From Botryllus schlosseri (taxonomy: Eukaryota), in contig CM119384.1 in the NCBI GenBank assembly GCA_051294905.1, forward strand, positions 5,580,001 through 5,644,000: 64,000 bases of DNA. The letters are read 5' to 3'. Below the pieces are notes generated by a model. The model did no database searches, was not told where the DNA came from, and was given only the letters and a program-made list of their open reading frames with translations. Position 1 is the stretch's first letter; every line of letters begins with the position of its first letter. Shown one piece after another: positions 1-12,432 of the stretch. The position numbers were made by a program, and so were the translations under genes.

Positions 1-1116
1 AAAAAGATTACAGGGATTGAAGGCCGTTTTGGCACTTTAATGATGTCCGCAGTGATCACGTTGCAGTTACGGAAGAAACAGTGACTGGTTGGGTTTCCCA
101 TGCGTATCGATTTGTCACCGGCGGTCTGTTATAAAGAAAGGATATTTCTCGTTCCTTTGTCATGATTAATGTTCTATATGGATTGGATGAATATGAACAT
201 TGAACAACGAACATTCTATATTGATCCAGTTTCCAACTTGAAGATTTTAAGGACTGTACTAAAGACGATGGGGTGGAGGTCCACAAGTCCGGCCCATTTT
301 TTGGGTTTGTAGGCTACTTTAATATTGGAAATATTTCGCGCTAGAATCGCGCCCGATGACCACTCAACTAATTAACGATCCAATTATTGCTTGCGCTATT
401 TTTTGGATCAAATCAAGGTAATTTTAACTACTGATGGGTTCGGGCCTCATACATATCGGATATCTCTATGACAATATATTTCACCCCATCTACTGTTGAG
501 CCAATTTCCTCCCGCGCCCCATAATGTCCCAGCACGCCCCATATCGGCCCTGAGTGTTTCCGCCCCTGTGGAAATCCAAGTCACCCCCAGGGGTGCTGGC
601 TTCATAAAATTTATTTAGTATGTCACCCGCGACTATATTAGTTAGCAAAATCCTAGTCCGAATCTGCTTTGTCGAACTAGTTTCTTAATTCTTTCCCGAC
701 GATTTCTTCTATGACTTCAATTTATATCTTATCTTTAAAATCGCTACCACGGCTTGTATACTTGAGTACCACCAACGACTGTCAGTTTCTTATGTGCGAC
801 TATTTGAGGTTGCTAGTCTGTGAGACACGATAATTCAGGTAATCCATAAATGTTAATTCGGAAAGTATATGGAGCCACCGTAAACTGCAAAAATGCATAT
901 ATACTGTTTTCAAGTGGAAAATCTTGCGAACTCAAACTTATCACGTCCTTTGGAGAGCATCATTTATCCATTACATTATTTGCAATTTGATACATTGGCG
1001 AAATAAGTCATGGGGATCTGATATATTCTTGGAAACTTGACTTTATATAGTCTCTAAATTATTTGTTTGCTCAAGTTCTAGCTCAGCTCCTGGTTGTATC
1101 CAACTTTGCATTACAA

Positions 1117-1289
1117 TAGGGTTACCATATTTGGAAATCTGAAAAGAGGACACTTCTTCAGAATTCTCAGACTTGCAAAACCGGAGGATAATTCTCAATA
1201 AATGGTAAATTTTTCCTACTTTGTGGGAGGACACTTTCAAAAAAGTCAAAAAAGAGGACAAATCCTCAAGAGGAAGTATGGTAACCCTA
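1117..1289. mobile_element. hAT-type MITE (TAGGGTTACCATA TIR family)
   Basis: TIRs tagggttaccata/tatggtaacccta; 8-bp flanks cattacaa/tattacaa (7/8). Longer relatives at 54141-54520 and 37696-38050. Confidence 0.8.
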
Positions 1290-2179
1290 TATTACAATAT
1301 CCTGACAAATTTTTTAGTTTAGAGAGGCTCTCCGATAGATATTAGATACTACACTGAACTCGTGGTTTAATCAGCTATATTCACATATGACGCTTTCCGT
1401 ATGTTCAGATTACGAAATACCGTGAAAATTTACAAATTCGACGTAGAATAGTCTCTTACGTTGTCTCGCCATTCAATTCGTGTACGTCTTCGTACTCCTG
1501 TATAAAATAAAGTTATTGGTTGGTGTTCTCTATTTCAATACAACGCAGAGGCATGGGAATATTCATGAAGTGTCATGTCTCATTTTGAGACGAGATGATG
1601 TTTAGCAGTTACTTGTATATCTATCAACACTGGCATTAACTGTGGGACGCAAAGTGAGTATAGCGATTATATATAAGCTGGAGCCTAGCTTGGGCACTTG
1701 GGCGAGCATAGAGCTACAAGCTATCAAGGTACATTTTCAGATTGCCGAATAAAATGTACAACGAATATGTCAATGTAATATGGAATAATCATTAGTATAG
1801 TATAATAATGGGCCCCATAATGAACCATCATCGTAACGAAACGTTTCCATCTAGATTTCACGAACCTCCACTATCGTTAGTGAAGCGCAGCAGCGGATCG
1901 ATGTCGGAGAACATTTCAAGGCCTCCAAATGTTTCTGCGAAAGACAAAAACATTCCCCATATAATTTCAGCTCGCAATGTGATAAGGACTACAAGACATA
2001 CGGGCGTAATGGTATTAAAATAGCGTTTTTTTTCTAATAAATAATGAGTAAATGTTAGAGCTTGCTTGGGTTCGGGTTAGGGATATGGTTTAAAGTGAAG
2101 GTTAAGGCTAGGGGTCTGGCTAGCTTATGGTCAGTTCCGATGTAAGGATTAATTTGAATGACTTGTCAAATTTGAACAT

Positions 2180-3154
2180 TTATACCCAACCTACCTCCGC
2201 TTCTTCTTTTGGAGTGCAACATATCGAACAGCGCAGTCCGTACGCTACATATGACGCACACACCATAAATATAGCAGACAACACCACATGGATGAAAATG
2301 GTCAACCATCCCACCAAAATATTTTTTGGATTAGTAGATCCCACTAAAAACACAAACGCCGGGCCTGTAGCAGAAAGATTTCCCAACGCCGAAAACAAGG
2401 AAAGCGCGAATACTCTCCCGGCCTGTAAAATTTGCGAATCAGTGATTGCTTTGTTGGCGGGGTTTCAACGCAATGTGACCTACCAGCCATCTCATCGGTT
2501 TGCATCCGATTGTAATGAGAAAAGTTGCGGATACTATTTCCTAAAAGAAACGGTGCAGGTTTATGCTAACTCATCTATACATGAATTAATAATGATCTCA
2601 AATAGGCAGCAATGATTTATCACACTTCGTCAGCATTAACATATACTATTCAATAATAGTTTATATAGAATTTTGCCTGGTGGTTGGAGCGGTGCTTGAA
2701 ATTCTTAGTATGTTTGAAATGCTCAGAATATGCCTTATGTTTACTTCTATGAACTGCATGTTGTGATTGTTATATAAGATTTTGGCCGCAGAGATTAGAG
2801 AATATAGCTATTTTCGAAATCGAATATTGGTTATTTAGCAATACCAATTTTGTCTGGCAAACCCGCGACTCGTGTTAAAAACACTCAAGCGATATTGGGA
2901 AAGATAAATTCATAATTCTACAGACCCTGGTAGATTAGGAAAAGTTGAATAAAACTCACCGCTATTGACGCCACGGCCACAATGCCACTCAGAAGATTCT
3001 GAGTTGTCAACCCATCAATTATCCAGCAAATGATTACCAGCAACCGCAATAATATAATGGCTATCTGAATAAAAATTCAGCGGCGTTTTGAATGGTAATA
3101 TTTCAGTATTTATTAGCTGTTATCGAGCTATACCAAGACAGTTAAAGCATCCAT
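2180..3154 (-). CDS. MS4A/CD20-like four-transmembrane protein (spliced)
   Basis: GT-AG phase-0 exons 3064-2960 (IAIILLRLLVIICW...VASIA), 2540-2484 (EIVSATFLITIGCKPMRWL) and 2422-2195 (AGRVFALSLFSAL...VVLSAIFMVCASYVAYGLRCSICC...) join in frame. Four hydrophobic segments and a C-terminal CC. First exon 3154-3134 (MDALTVL) is tentative. The last exon either reads to the stop at 2180 or splices at 2194. Family call is from remembered motif pattern only. Confidence 0.55.
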
Positions 3155-3446
3155 GTGTCGTCAAAACAAAGCAAACCATAGTATGGACACTTGGCAGTGC
3201 AATATTAGTACGCTGTCTATGTCCATTGTGCTCCCCAAATAAATTCTAGCGGGATAAAATAAATAAGTGAGCGCTATATTATCCCATATATTATATCGCG
3301 TAGCAACGTTTTTCTGGACATTCAGTACACTTTTACAACCAGCGGACGCCTCTCAATTCAAATTGTCTTCTCTTTGATACACGGTTCAGCGTCAGTTTAT
3401 TAAGTTTTTATTATTTCAAAACACCACAAGACTGAGATACCTATAG

Positions 3447-3808
3447 CAGTGGCTCCCAACGGGGGAGATATCGCCCCAGGGGGCGTTTTGGCGGTCTATG
3501 GGGGCGAAAATGACGAAGGGGGCAATAGGGGGCGAAAATGGACAAAGGCGGCGACAGGGGGCGAAAATACCGAATGGGGGGCGATGACGTGTCAAAACGG
3601 CTGACCTTGTTTTTTTTAGTCGACCCACGAAAATTAAGTTGCAAAAGTGTCATATTCGACATCAAGCCGAAAAGTCTACCCTTTTTTAGTCAACCTGCCG
3701 GTGAATACAGTTTGTGTGCCCATTTATCGGTACACAAAATTTGGAGGCCGATGATCGGTGTTGAGCTTGAAAAGGGGGCGATGGGTCGAAAAAGGTTGGG
3801 AACCACTG
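3447..3808. mobile_element. hAT (Charlie/Buster-like) MITE
   Basis: TIRs cagtggctcccaac/gttgggaaccactg; perfect 8-bp TSD acctatag; internal gggggcgaaaat repeats. Confidence 0.85.
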
Positions 3809-4142
3809 ACCTATAGGAAGGGGTCGAAACGACTTGGAGCAGTCTTTGAATCAGACACCCACCTGGGTTTATAGGCGATGTAAAATGCACATCGGTTATT
3901 TTATAAGCATATTATATGCATTGTTTATCACTATTTTCAACCCGATGGGCGTTGCTGATTAATCAACTCCAGCAGGTATTTTCATTGTCTTTGGTATTTT
4001 CTAATCTGATAAAAAATTTATAAATTTTATAAATTGTTATAAGTTTTTGTATAAGAATGAATGAATGCATATCCTGCATATTGCTGTTTTCACAAACGGT
4101 TGGTTCTCTCATTTGTTCGTCTGATTATACTGATCTACTTAC

Positions 4143-4433
4143 CCCACTGCCGAAAAATATTTTTCTTTTTTTCTCCAAATAATTGCCAACTCTAATTTCT
4201 TCTTTGAGGAAGTCTACTGCTCCCAAGGGCAGCGCCTCAAGTAAAGCGTCAGACAGCATCGTTTGGCTAGGGTAGTCAGACATGTCTTTCTCGTATTCTT
4301 TCTCGTTTTTATGCAAATAGCCTAAATGGATGAAAGAGCGCTTGATAAAATCTATTGTGAGTAAATTGAATGCAAAATACATACGCGCTAGGCGGCTAGA
4401 TGATGAAAACCGTAGGATGCAAGCGCTTGGCAA
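4143..4433 (-). CDS. Exon-like segment of an unidentified protein (possibly death-fold-like)
   Basis: Open frame ...FIHLGYLHKNEKEYEKDMSDYPSQTMLSDALLEALPLGAVDFLKEEIRVGNYLEKKRKIFFGSG ends at a GTAAGT donor. A homologue at 31793-32000 ends at the equivalent donor. Confidence 0.35.
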
Positions 4434-5067
4434 GTCCCCCTTGAAGATTGTATTTCACCAACAGCTGCTTTTTTATGTTATAACTATTTATATGCAATCC
4501 TTCTATAAATTATTCGTAACAGTGGGAAACCCCAAATATTACTCTGTTCGAGAAGTAGGCTAACGGTTTTGTAAAAATTGGGCCAATTTGCAGTATCAAG
4601 GTGCAACAAGAGGAATGGGCCACTATTATATTTCAGAAATTGGTTTAATTTTTCGAATGCCATCACATTAAAATCCAATAACTCTAAGATTTAACCGCTA
4701 ATAAGCCGTTACTTCGAGGTACTCAACTATATAGATTCTGATCAGTAGTGGGTCAAAACACTCAAAACCCTCCCTGATCAGGAGCTGTGCGCTTATGAAT
4801 CCAGATGCGAAATGAACATATACTTATCTATCTATAACTAGCCTATTTGTGAAGGAATAAAGTGTCAACTCGCTGTGATGATATACAAATACGCTTAGTT
4901 TGGAACGCTAAGTGGACAAATATAAATCAGCACGGAAATATTATAGGCTTATACCTATAGTATTCTATGTATACAAAGTAATTGATTTTTATAACACGAT
5001 CACCGCGGCAATAAGGTGGGACTTTACGCAACACCTTAACGAGTTGAAGTTTCCAGATCCTTCCAGC

Positions 5068-5361
5068 GTTTGTTTGTTTGTTTTATTGACACAATTGGCG
5101 CTTTTAACCACTTGGGTCATTTGCGCCCGCACAGTAGGCTAATTGTCGTAACGTCTCTCCGCTTTTTCTTGCGTCATATTTCTGGTCTTTTGCTGCCATC
5201 TTTCAAGAGTTCGGCTCTCTCTTCCTCTGGGCATTTTAAGGCGCTGTATGTACAGCGCGATAAACCTCCGACACATAGAAACATGGTAGAGTTGACACTT
5301 CAACCATCAACCATTGGTGTCGTGACTGCAGTGTTTAACCAACTGCACCACTCGCCTCCCC
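5068..5361 (-). mobile_element. tRNA-derived SINE, family A, copy 1
   Basis: A-box-like TGGTGCAGTTGG, degraded B box, 3' stem-loop GGCGCAAATGACCC...GCGCC, then AATAAA and a (CAAA)n tail; homologous to 10592-10913. Confidence 0.75.
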
Positions 5362-5502
5362 ATCCCTCCCACGTGTTAGTCGCCCGAGCCTCTCAGGGTA
5401 CGCCCCCACGTTTAAGCTGATAACACTCTAAAGGGCGAAGATAATAAAGTTAGCTGATCCGGGAGAATGCTAATCAGGTGATTAAAAAATGCTAATCGAG
5501 AC

Positions 5503-8164
5503 CAGTGGCGGCTCGTCCTATAGAGCAACTGGAGCATTGCCCCACCTAAAATTCGGTTCAGTAACAATAATTTATCATTTATAGACGCACAGCAATCAAT
5601 ATATACCGACATCCCAACGCAAATCGCATTGTGCTTTCGCTTGTAAATGCCCATATATAGAGCGAAGTCTCTGCGAAAATCGAATTCTCTTCGCGTTTTC
5701 GCTTTGCGAATGGCTAGCCGGGGCATGCCCCGGTAGCGCTCAAAACAAGCTTTCACTGTCTATTATCTCAAAGCCGCACACAATAAAGAAACAATGATTT
5801 ACTCTCTCCTATTCATAAAATTACCGAGCAAGTAGGGCAACATAGCCTCGTTGCCCCTAAGGTGTGATGTAACAATTGTATCTATATCTGAACTCGGTTA
5901 CCGTCATATGTGTGGAGTCGCTCTTTACTGGTATAGGTCCATTTTGACGGTGTTTCGCACGATGATAATTCTTGAAACTTGGTGTGTTCTGTCGTGATGG
6001 TGGTATTTAACACTGCCCCAAGTTTCAGGGTTGGTACTTAAAGATTAGGGCAGTAATTCCGTTTCCGAAATTGAGTGTGTGCTGATCCGTCATGTATCGC
6101 AAACAGATTTTACTCATAAGCCGGTCTTGGTGTCCATTGATTTTGACGATGTTCCATACTGAGATCGGTAATGACATTTGGCACGGTAAGTCTTAATGTT
6201 AGTAGCGAACGCTGTAGCAAGTTTTAAGTTTGTCACTGAACTGTGTTAGTGGTAATTTCGTTTCCTAAGTCGAGTGAGAGCTGACTCGTCATTTATCGCT
6301 AACAGATTTTACGCAAAGCCGGTATTGGTCTCTATTGATTTTAACGATGCTCCTTACCTAGATCCGTCATGAGCTTTTGCACGGTATGTCTTGATTTTAG
6401 TATCGAACGCTGTGTCAAGTCTCAAGGTTGACACTCAATGATTAGGGCAGTAGTTTCGTTATCGAGGTCGAGTATGGTAGAGATGTGCGCCGATCTGACA
6501 CTTGGCCTACCTAACGCATTGCGGATTTCACGCAAAAGCCGGTAACGTTAACTGTGTTCCATACTGAGATAGGTGATGAGACGATGGTATCATGAAACAG
6601 TTTACTAACATTCTCGTTTTGCATTCAACTACTTAATTTTATTTTATATTCTCCAATGTCATTTCACCTTGAAATTGTGGTCTTCAAGCCATTTGCTTAC
6701 AAGCCCCTGTCATGCGCGAAAGTTTTCGTTTTCGATTTCGATGACGGCTAACAGCTGATCTCATCACTTGATCTGCCTTTTCCTCAGTAAATATTACGCA
6801 AAATTCGGTGTTTGTCTGTTCCCAACAGGCTGTTCGTATTAATTTTGACAGTACCATACCGAAAAGGGTCATGACAGAGGCTACTTCTCGATGATGCCAT
6901 GTAACAGTGCACTAAGTTTACAGCTTTCATTCACGTATTTATTCGGTAATATATTTTCCAGAGCCGATTTAGCAGCAGGCTTCTAGACAGCAAGCCATTT
7001 GTGTTAGCCTATGTCACAGTCTCCAGTTTCAAAGCCAAAATCTCCTATGTTGTTCCGAGACCGAAATTCCGAGGCTGCTTTCGTCTTACTTCTTCAAATT
7101 TAAAATGATGTATTGGATTCAATATGGCAGGTCCAATCTATGAGATAACAATGGCGTTTGTGTCTGATCTCGTTGACCTTTGCGGTTAGGCTATATAGGT
7201 TATAGTCTTATGTCTGCAGATTGTTAGCCAGCGGTCAATTGCGAACATGAATCGTGTTGAATTTCTGCTCCTTACGCCGTTTATGCAGTTTCCTAATAAT
7301 TAGAGGTAAAGAGACACGGTCCTTATCAGCCTAAAAATTGTCCATTGATGAAGGGCTGGGGTATAAGCGAGGATAAGGACGCCTTGTTAGTTGTTATACA
7401 CTTTCACACCGCTGGTGCCAGAGGCAGTTTATCTAGTTGGAACAAAATTGGGTATCGTGATCTGAATCATGTGGTCTCTACTGCAAACGGTGTCTCGATA
7501 TTACCCGATCGTCGACATTACACTAATGCATCTTTTTTTCGAATTAGTAACCAGTGGTGAACTTTCAAAATTCCTATAGTTGAAAAATCGCTTTCTATCA
7601 ACTTTGCTGCAGTAACTGGCTTTTTAGATATCATATTGGCCACTCCGATTTCATCCGAAGAATCCAAGCGTGGTTTCAGCGCATTAAACGTATCGAGACT
7701 TCTCTTAGAATCGGGATGTGTAAAGATATTGACTCGATGAGTTATAGTAGATGTGCTCAGCATTCTCAGCGCTGTCATTATGGGTATTCCAGATTTCAAT
7801 GAATTCGTCATTGAACATCTTGCAACTATGAAATCACGCCGCGCGCAATACGCCTACTGATACAAACGTTAAAATATGCAGGTATGAACTACTGTACTTC
7901 ATATTTTCTTCCGAATAATTTGAAGAGTGTCAGCTCGAAAAGCTTCGGGTTTTAATATATTTCTGTCATGAATATATTATTAAAATTTGAAATGCGTAAG
8001 CCTAGTTAACCGTGCCTAATATCTATAATACACCATACAAACTGTGTGTGACGACCACGAAGTCACATTTTCACGTCGGAGTACACTATTGTGACGTCAT
8101 TTAGATTATTAACATCGCATGTACCCCTTGCCCCACCACCCGATATTGTCACGAGCCGCCACTG
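5503..8164. mobile_element. Non-autonomous hAT element with internal ~200-bp tandem repeats and decayed transposase remnants
   Basis: 14-bp TIRs cagtggcggctcgt/acgagccgccactg; perfect TSD atcgagac. Minus-strand remnants resemble a TTF-type zinc finger (RKRFFNYRNFE; HWLLIRKKDAL). Second copy at 35376-37161. Confidence 0.85.
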
Positions 8165-8612
8165 ATCGAGACCCATTTTAGGCGGAGATAATAAAGTTAG
8201 CTGATCCAGAAGAACGCTAATCGTGTGTTTAAATACTGCTAATCGCGATTCGCGACGCATAACGTTGCAAAAGGTTACGCGTGATGGTTAGTCGAGGTGC
8301 TCCGAGTTTTCAATCAAGTGGCGTTATCTGTTGCATCATAATGCGAAATGCGTTAGGCTGACAGGTGTCAATATGTTGAATGAAACCATAGTGCCCTATA
8401 GTTTCATTCAACAAATTAACACCTGTCAGCCTTTCGCATTTCGCATTATGATGCAACAGATAACGCCACAAAAGATTTGAAAGTAATTGGAACTCAAAGT
8501 ATGATACTTGGAATTGACAGTAAAATACAAATATCACTTCTAAAAAACGGAAAATATATTTCTTGTTATTTTTTTACATAGGGCTTCAAAGGTGACCTGC
8601 TAAAACAGGTGT

Positions 8613-9009
8613 CAATAATCAATAATCGTTGGGTTATAATTTTCATCTGAACAAGTTACACACAATGTACAATGCGATAAGACACAATGAGATGTAACGA
8701 TCAGATAGGAGGATGTCGAACGACACGCATCAGTAGCGATCCTTTACTCTAACACCCACCTCGGCCTAGTGTCTGATGTCACAGTTCTTTTTCGATGTTG
8801 ATCTTTTTGAAGCCGCGGCCCTTTCTACTAGTTCTTTCCATTTGTTGTGAGTGCTTTCATTCTTCGGGTCTTTTTCCGGGCTTTTTTTTCGCCGTAAGAA
8901 TGGCGACAGCGGGGGGGACGGGGAGGAGCCCGGATGAACCTCCGACTTGAATCGAACCGGGTCCACCAGCTTAGTAGGCGCTTATCGTTGCCACTACGCT
9001 ATCTCCCCC
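8613..9009 (-). mobile_element. tRNA-derived SINE, family B, with L2-type 3' end
   Basis: A box TAGCGTAGTGG, B box GGTTCGATTC; 3' segment GGTGGGTGT...CGACATCCTCC is shared with the dispersed repeats at 3825, 11860, 16054, 20774 and 54520. Confidence 0.7.
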
Positions 9010-10591
9010 GACGTGAGGTGCCATGGTAGAGTTGCTTTGGACTGAGTCATATTCATGCTGCTACATTATTTCCCTCCGCTTATACTATAAACTATGATAT
9101 CTATTTTATTTCCTTATTATGGCTTTACCTTCATTTATACTTTATCTTCCCATAAGGACTCCAAATCTTATATATTCCCAGATTTTGCGTTACATGATTC
9201 TTGTCGGTAGGGTCAAGCCGGCCTGTGACATCTTACCGAGGACGATCCTATCGTAAAACACCGCAATGTCTTGTTCACTAAATTGTTGTACAACATATAT
9301 AATACATTCTCTTTAAACCCCGACAGGAAACCTGGTGGATCCATTCACGGAAGCCTTAGACGTTAAAAAAGCCGGACCTTCCAGATTAGCAGGACACGTC
9401 ATCGGCTGCTAGATTACAATATGATAGGTAATTGCTAGATTGCGAAACGGTAGTTTCAACGTTATGGTTGGTTATGTTTACTGTGATGAAATATTTGATA
9501 GCGGCGACAATGCGGTGTGAGTGGAACCAAGCAATCCGATACCTAAATTATATTCACTGATACTTTCGTGAAACATATTTGTCACTCCATAACTACTGTG
9601 GGAAAAGCGCAAATAATTTCTGGGCTTTACTTGACTTTTATGAATATTAAATGTTGGTACTCCGTGAATACTGCCCCGAAATTCCTCAGGCTCTTATATC
9701 CGAGGATTAAACTACTTCTACTTGACTATCCGAAAATAGCGAAAAGTAAGTAGATCACCAAAATATTACGAAGTAGAAGTAGAGAAAATCAGATCTATTT
9801 GAGTAAGTACCAGAAGTAGAGGAAAACTACAGGAGTACTTCCAAAAAGTAAGTACTTCGTTACTGACCACCTCTTGAACTACCGCCAAGGTTTGTTGACT
9901 GGTTGGATATGATTCGCAATCACAAGGAAGAACTTTTTTCAGTGATGGTAATCAATGCGAATGCGATTTGGCAGATAGGAGGACATGACATGGATGTGTA
10001 TTGAATATGTATGTGTATAGTGTGTATGTAGGCTACTCTTGTCAAAGGCGAACAACACTTCACTGACGTTTAGAAACAATCGGTCGTTGCTACCATCAGA
10101 ATAATCACGATATTTCCAGCCGGTACTGTACTCGGTTCTACCTTTATAAGACAAATGTTCTATCTTTAGGACCGAAATATAACATGTCTAACAATAATGT
10201 TTTATACATAAACAATGTTTTATACATAAGAACTGGACATGATCTGTTTCTGTCCTTAAGAAATAGAATATACTCGACCCGATTTTGACATAAATCTGAA
10301 CGTCTTCCGTTGAACGCGGTATCTAAACCACCTTGGCGTGTACGACATATTTCCTTCATAACATCGACTGACATCCATATAAAGTTCGATCTCTGCGTGA
10401 CTGCTGAAGCGTGATGGTCCTGTGGAAATTTCAACAAATTGCAGCTCCATTAAGGTGGCGTTCCGAAGAAAATGGCTGCGGCCAAATTTTTCTTTCGTTT
10501 TGGTCTTCAATTTGAGACCACGTCACTTTTAGAGCGCAGTACCCATTTATTAACATGCCACTCTATGTAAATGGAGATAATTCGAAGCAAC

Positions 10592-10913
10592 GTTTGTTTG
10601 TTTCTTTTATTACCACAATTGGCGCTTATCAACACTTGGGTCATTTGCGCCCGCACAGTAATTTAATAAGTTCGTGTCTTTTTTGGGTCTTTTCCGCTTT
10701 TTGCGTCCTTTTCTGGTATCTGCTGCCATCTTTCTTGAGTTCGACTCTCTCTTTCTTCTGGGCTCTCGAAGGCGCTGTATTTACAGCGGGTTCGGCGATG
10801 AGGAGCCCAGATCCGTATCCGACACATTAGAAACATGGCAGAGCCGAAACTCGAACCAGCAACCATTGGTGTCGTGACGGTGTCGCTTAGTACACTGCGC
10901 CACTCGCTTCCCC
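10592..10913 (-). mobile_element. tRNA-derived SINE, family A, copy 2
   Basis: A box TGGCGCAGTG, B box GGTTCGAGT; same 3' stem-loop and (CAAA)n tail as 5068-5361. Confidence 0.8.
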
Positions 10914-11353
10914 AATTTCGCAGTAATGTGGATGCTTATATATATCAATTATATGCACGAAATTAATGTATGATTGGTTTGTTCTTTTTTTTTTATCAAT
11001 ATTTCATACTATACCACAAGATTGCGATACAATATAAGAAGAAATTGCTTAAATTCGATCACGTTCATCCCCTGGTCTGCAGAAATTGCGAAAGATAGAG
11101 AGGTATATATATATAGAAAGAGTCGTATACACAGCTGTCTCAACATGACTCGCAAGGTTTTGAAAATGTCAATCATTAAATTGAATAATAGCAATAGGTA
11201 AGTTATTGCAGCATACACCTATGATTCCAATACAATTGAAAGAAAATATTTAATTACTTACGAGGAATGAGAATGCGCGACGTAAGTCAATGTAATCACG
11301 ACAGTCAAGCCAGCGCGGTCGTAAATCGAACTGATTTAAGGCCGTTTTTCTAA

Positions 11354-12432
11354 CAGTGGTTCTCAACCGGGGTTCGCGAAGCAATTTTAGGGGGTCCGCG
11401 AGACCCCTAAATTTGCAAAATGATTGGTAACTGAATTTGTATTTTTTTTAAGTTAGGGAAAGCATGACGCTGTTGCGATCCACAACTACTAATATACTTC
11501 ATGACTCACATCATCAGAATAATCGTCTGACATGAAATGCCCTGCTGTGGAAATTCATTTTAATTGCCCATAACCTACTGATACAAACACATTGATGTTT
11601 AGAGACGTTTTGTTGTTGGGGTTTGTGAAAAAAAAGATAGTAAGGTCGATCAGGGTGACTTCGATTTGAAGTTGTCAGCAGTCTTATGTAATTAATGAAC
11701 AGCCGTTTGAACTAAAATATCCTGAATCATTTTCCCTAATTTGTCCTAATGAAGAGATTGAAACCACTTAATGAAATCCATTTTATCCTGTGATATACAT
11801 AATTACTATTCCAGAATAACTGGATGAGATGGTAGATAACAATGATTAGGCTGAACGTGTTATGGTGGGTCTCTGACTCCATAGACTACTCCTAGTCGCT
11901 TCGACATCCTTCTGTTTTTTCATTGTATCGCATTTTTTGTGGTGTATTGAACTGATAAAATTGCTAATAAACCAATGATGATGATTATGTTCATTAAAGA
12001 TATGTTTCTTCATTTTGGAGTCATAAATGTTGCGATCGTACCAAAAGCGTCGTCGGAAGCGTTACGCGTTAATATTACATTAGCCTTCATCTATCTTTAT
12101 GGCAATGGATTTATTTTCGGCAATCGTTCATATCAAATCGAAGACGCAGATTTTCGAGACACGACCACGTATAGGCCTACTTCAAGAAATACAGCAGAAA
12201 ATTCGCTTTGAAATAATAAAAGTCTACACAGTTTCTACATGAATAGTCTGATGTTAGCTGCATGAAAAGTCATTTTGTTGCTGGTTGCCACAGGCCTACA
12301 GTTCTAATTTGCACAATACAGATGACGGTTGCTCCATAATTGAGCTAAATTTGAACTAAATCTTGAGGGGTCCGCGAGGATCCATGACGGTTAAAAAAGG
12401 GTCCGCGAAGCCGAAAAGGTTGAGAACCACTG
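11354..12432. mobile_element. hAT-like non-autonomous element
   Basis: TIRs cagtggttctcaacc/ggttgagaaccactg with subterminal ggggtccgcga repeats. TSD not recognisable. Contains an L2-type 3' fragment at ~11860-11990. Confidence 0.65.

Noticed and set aside
2065-2120. Telomere-like GGTTAG runs (also ~32400-32425)
   Set aside because: Too short and degenerate; common inside non-autonomous elements.
2127-2615. 162-aa plus-strand ORF
   Set aside because: It is antisense to the spliced four-TM gene and has no recognisable motif.
9330-9480. Possible RTE-type RT fragment (RLAGHVI)
   Set aside because: A single short motif is not enough to support a call.
9939-10510. Overlapping coding-like minus-strand ORFs
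   Set aside because: No consistent frame, splice model or recognisable motif by eye; needs a profile search.
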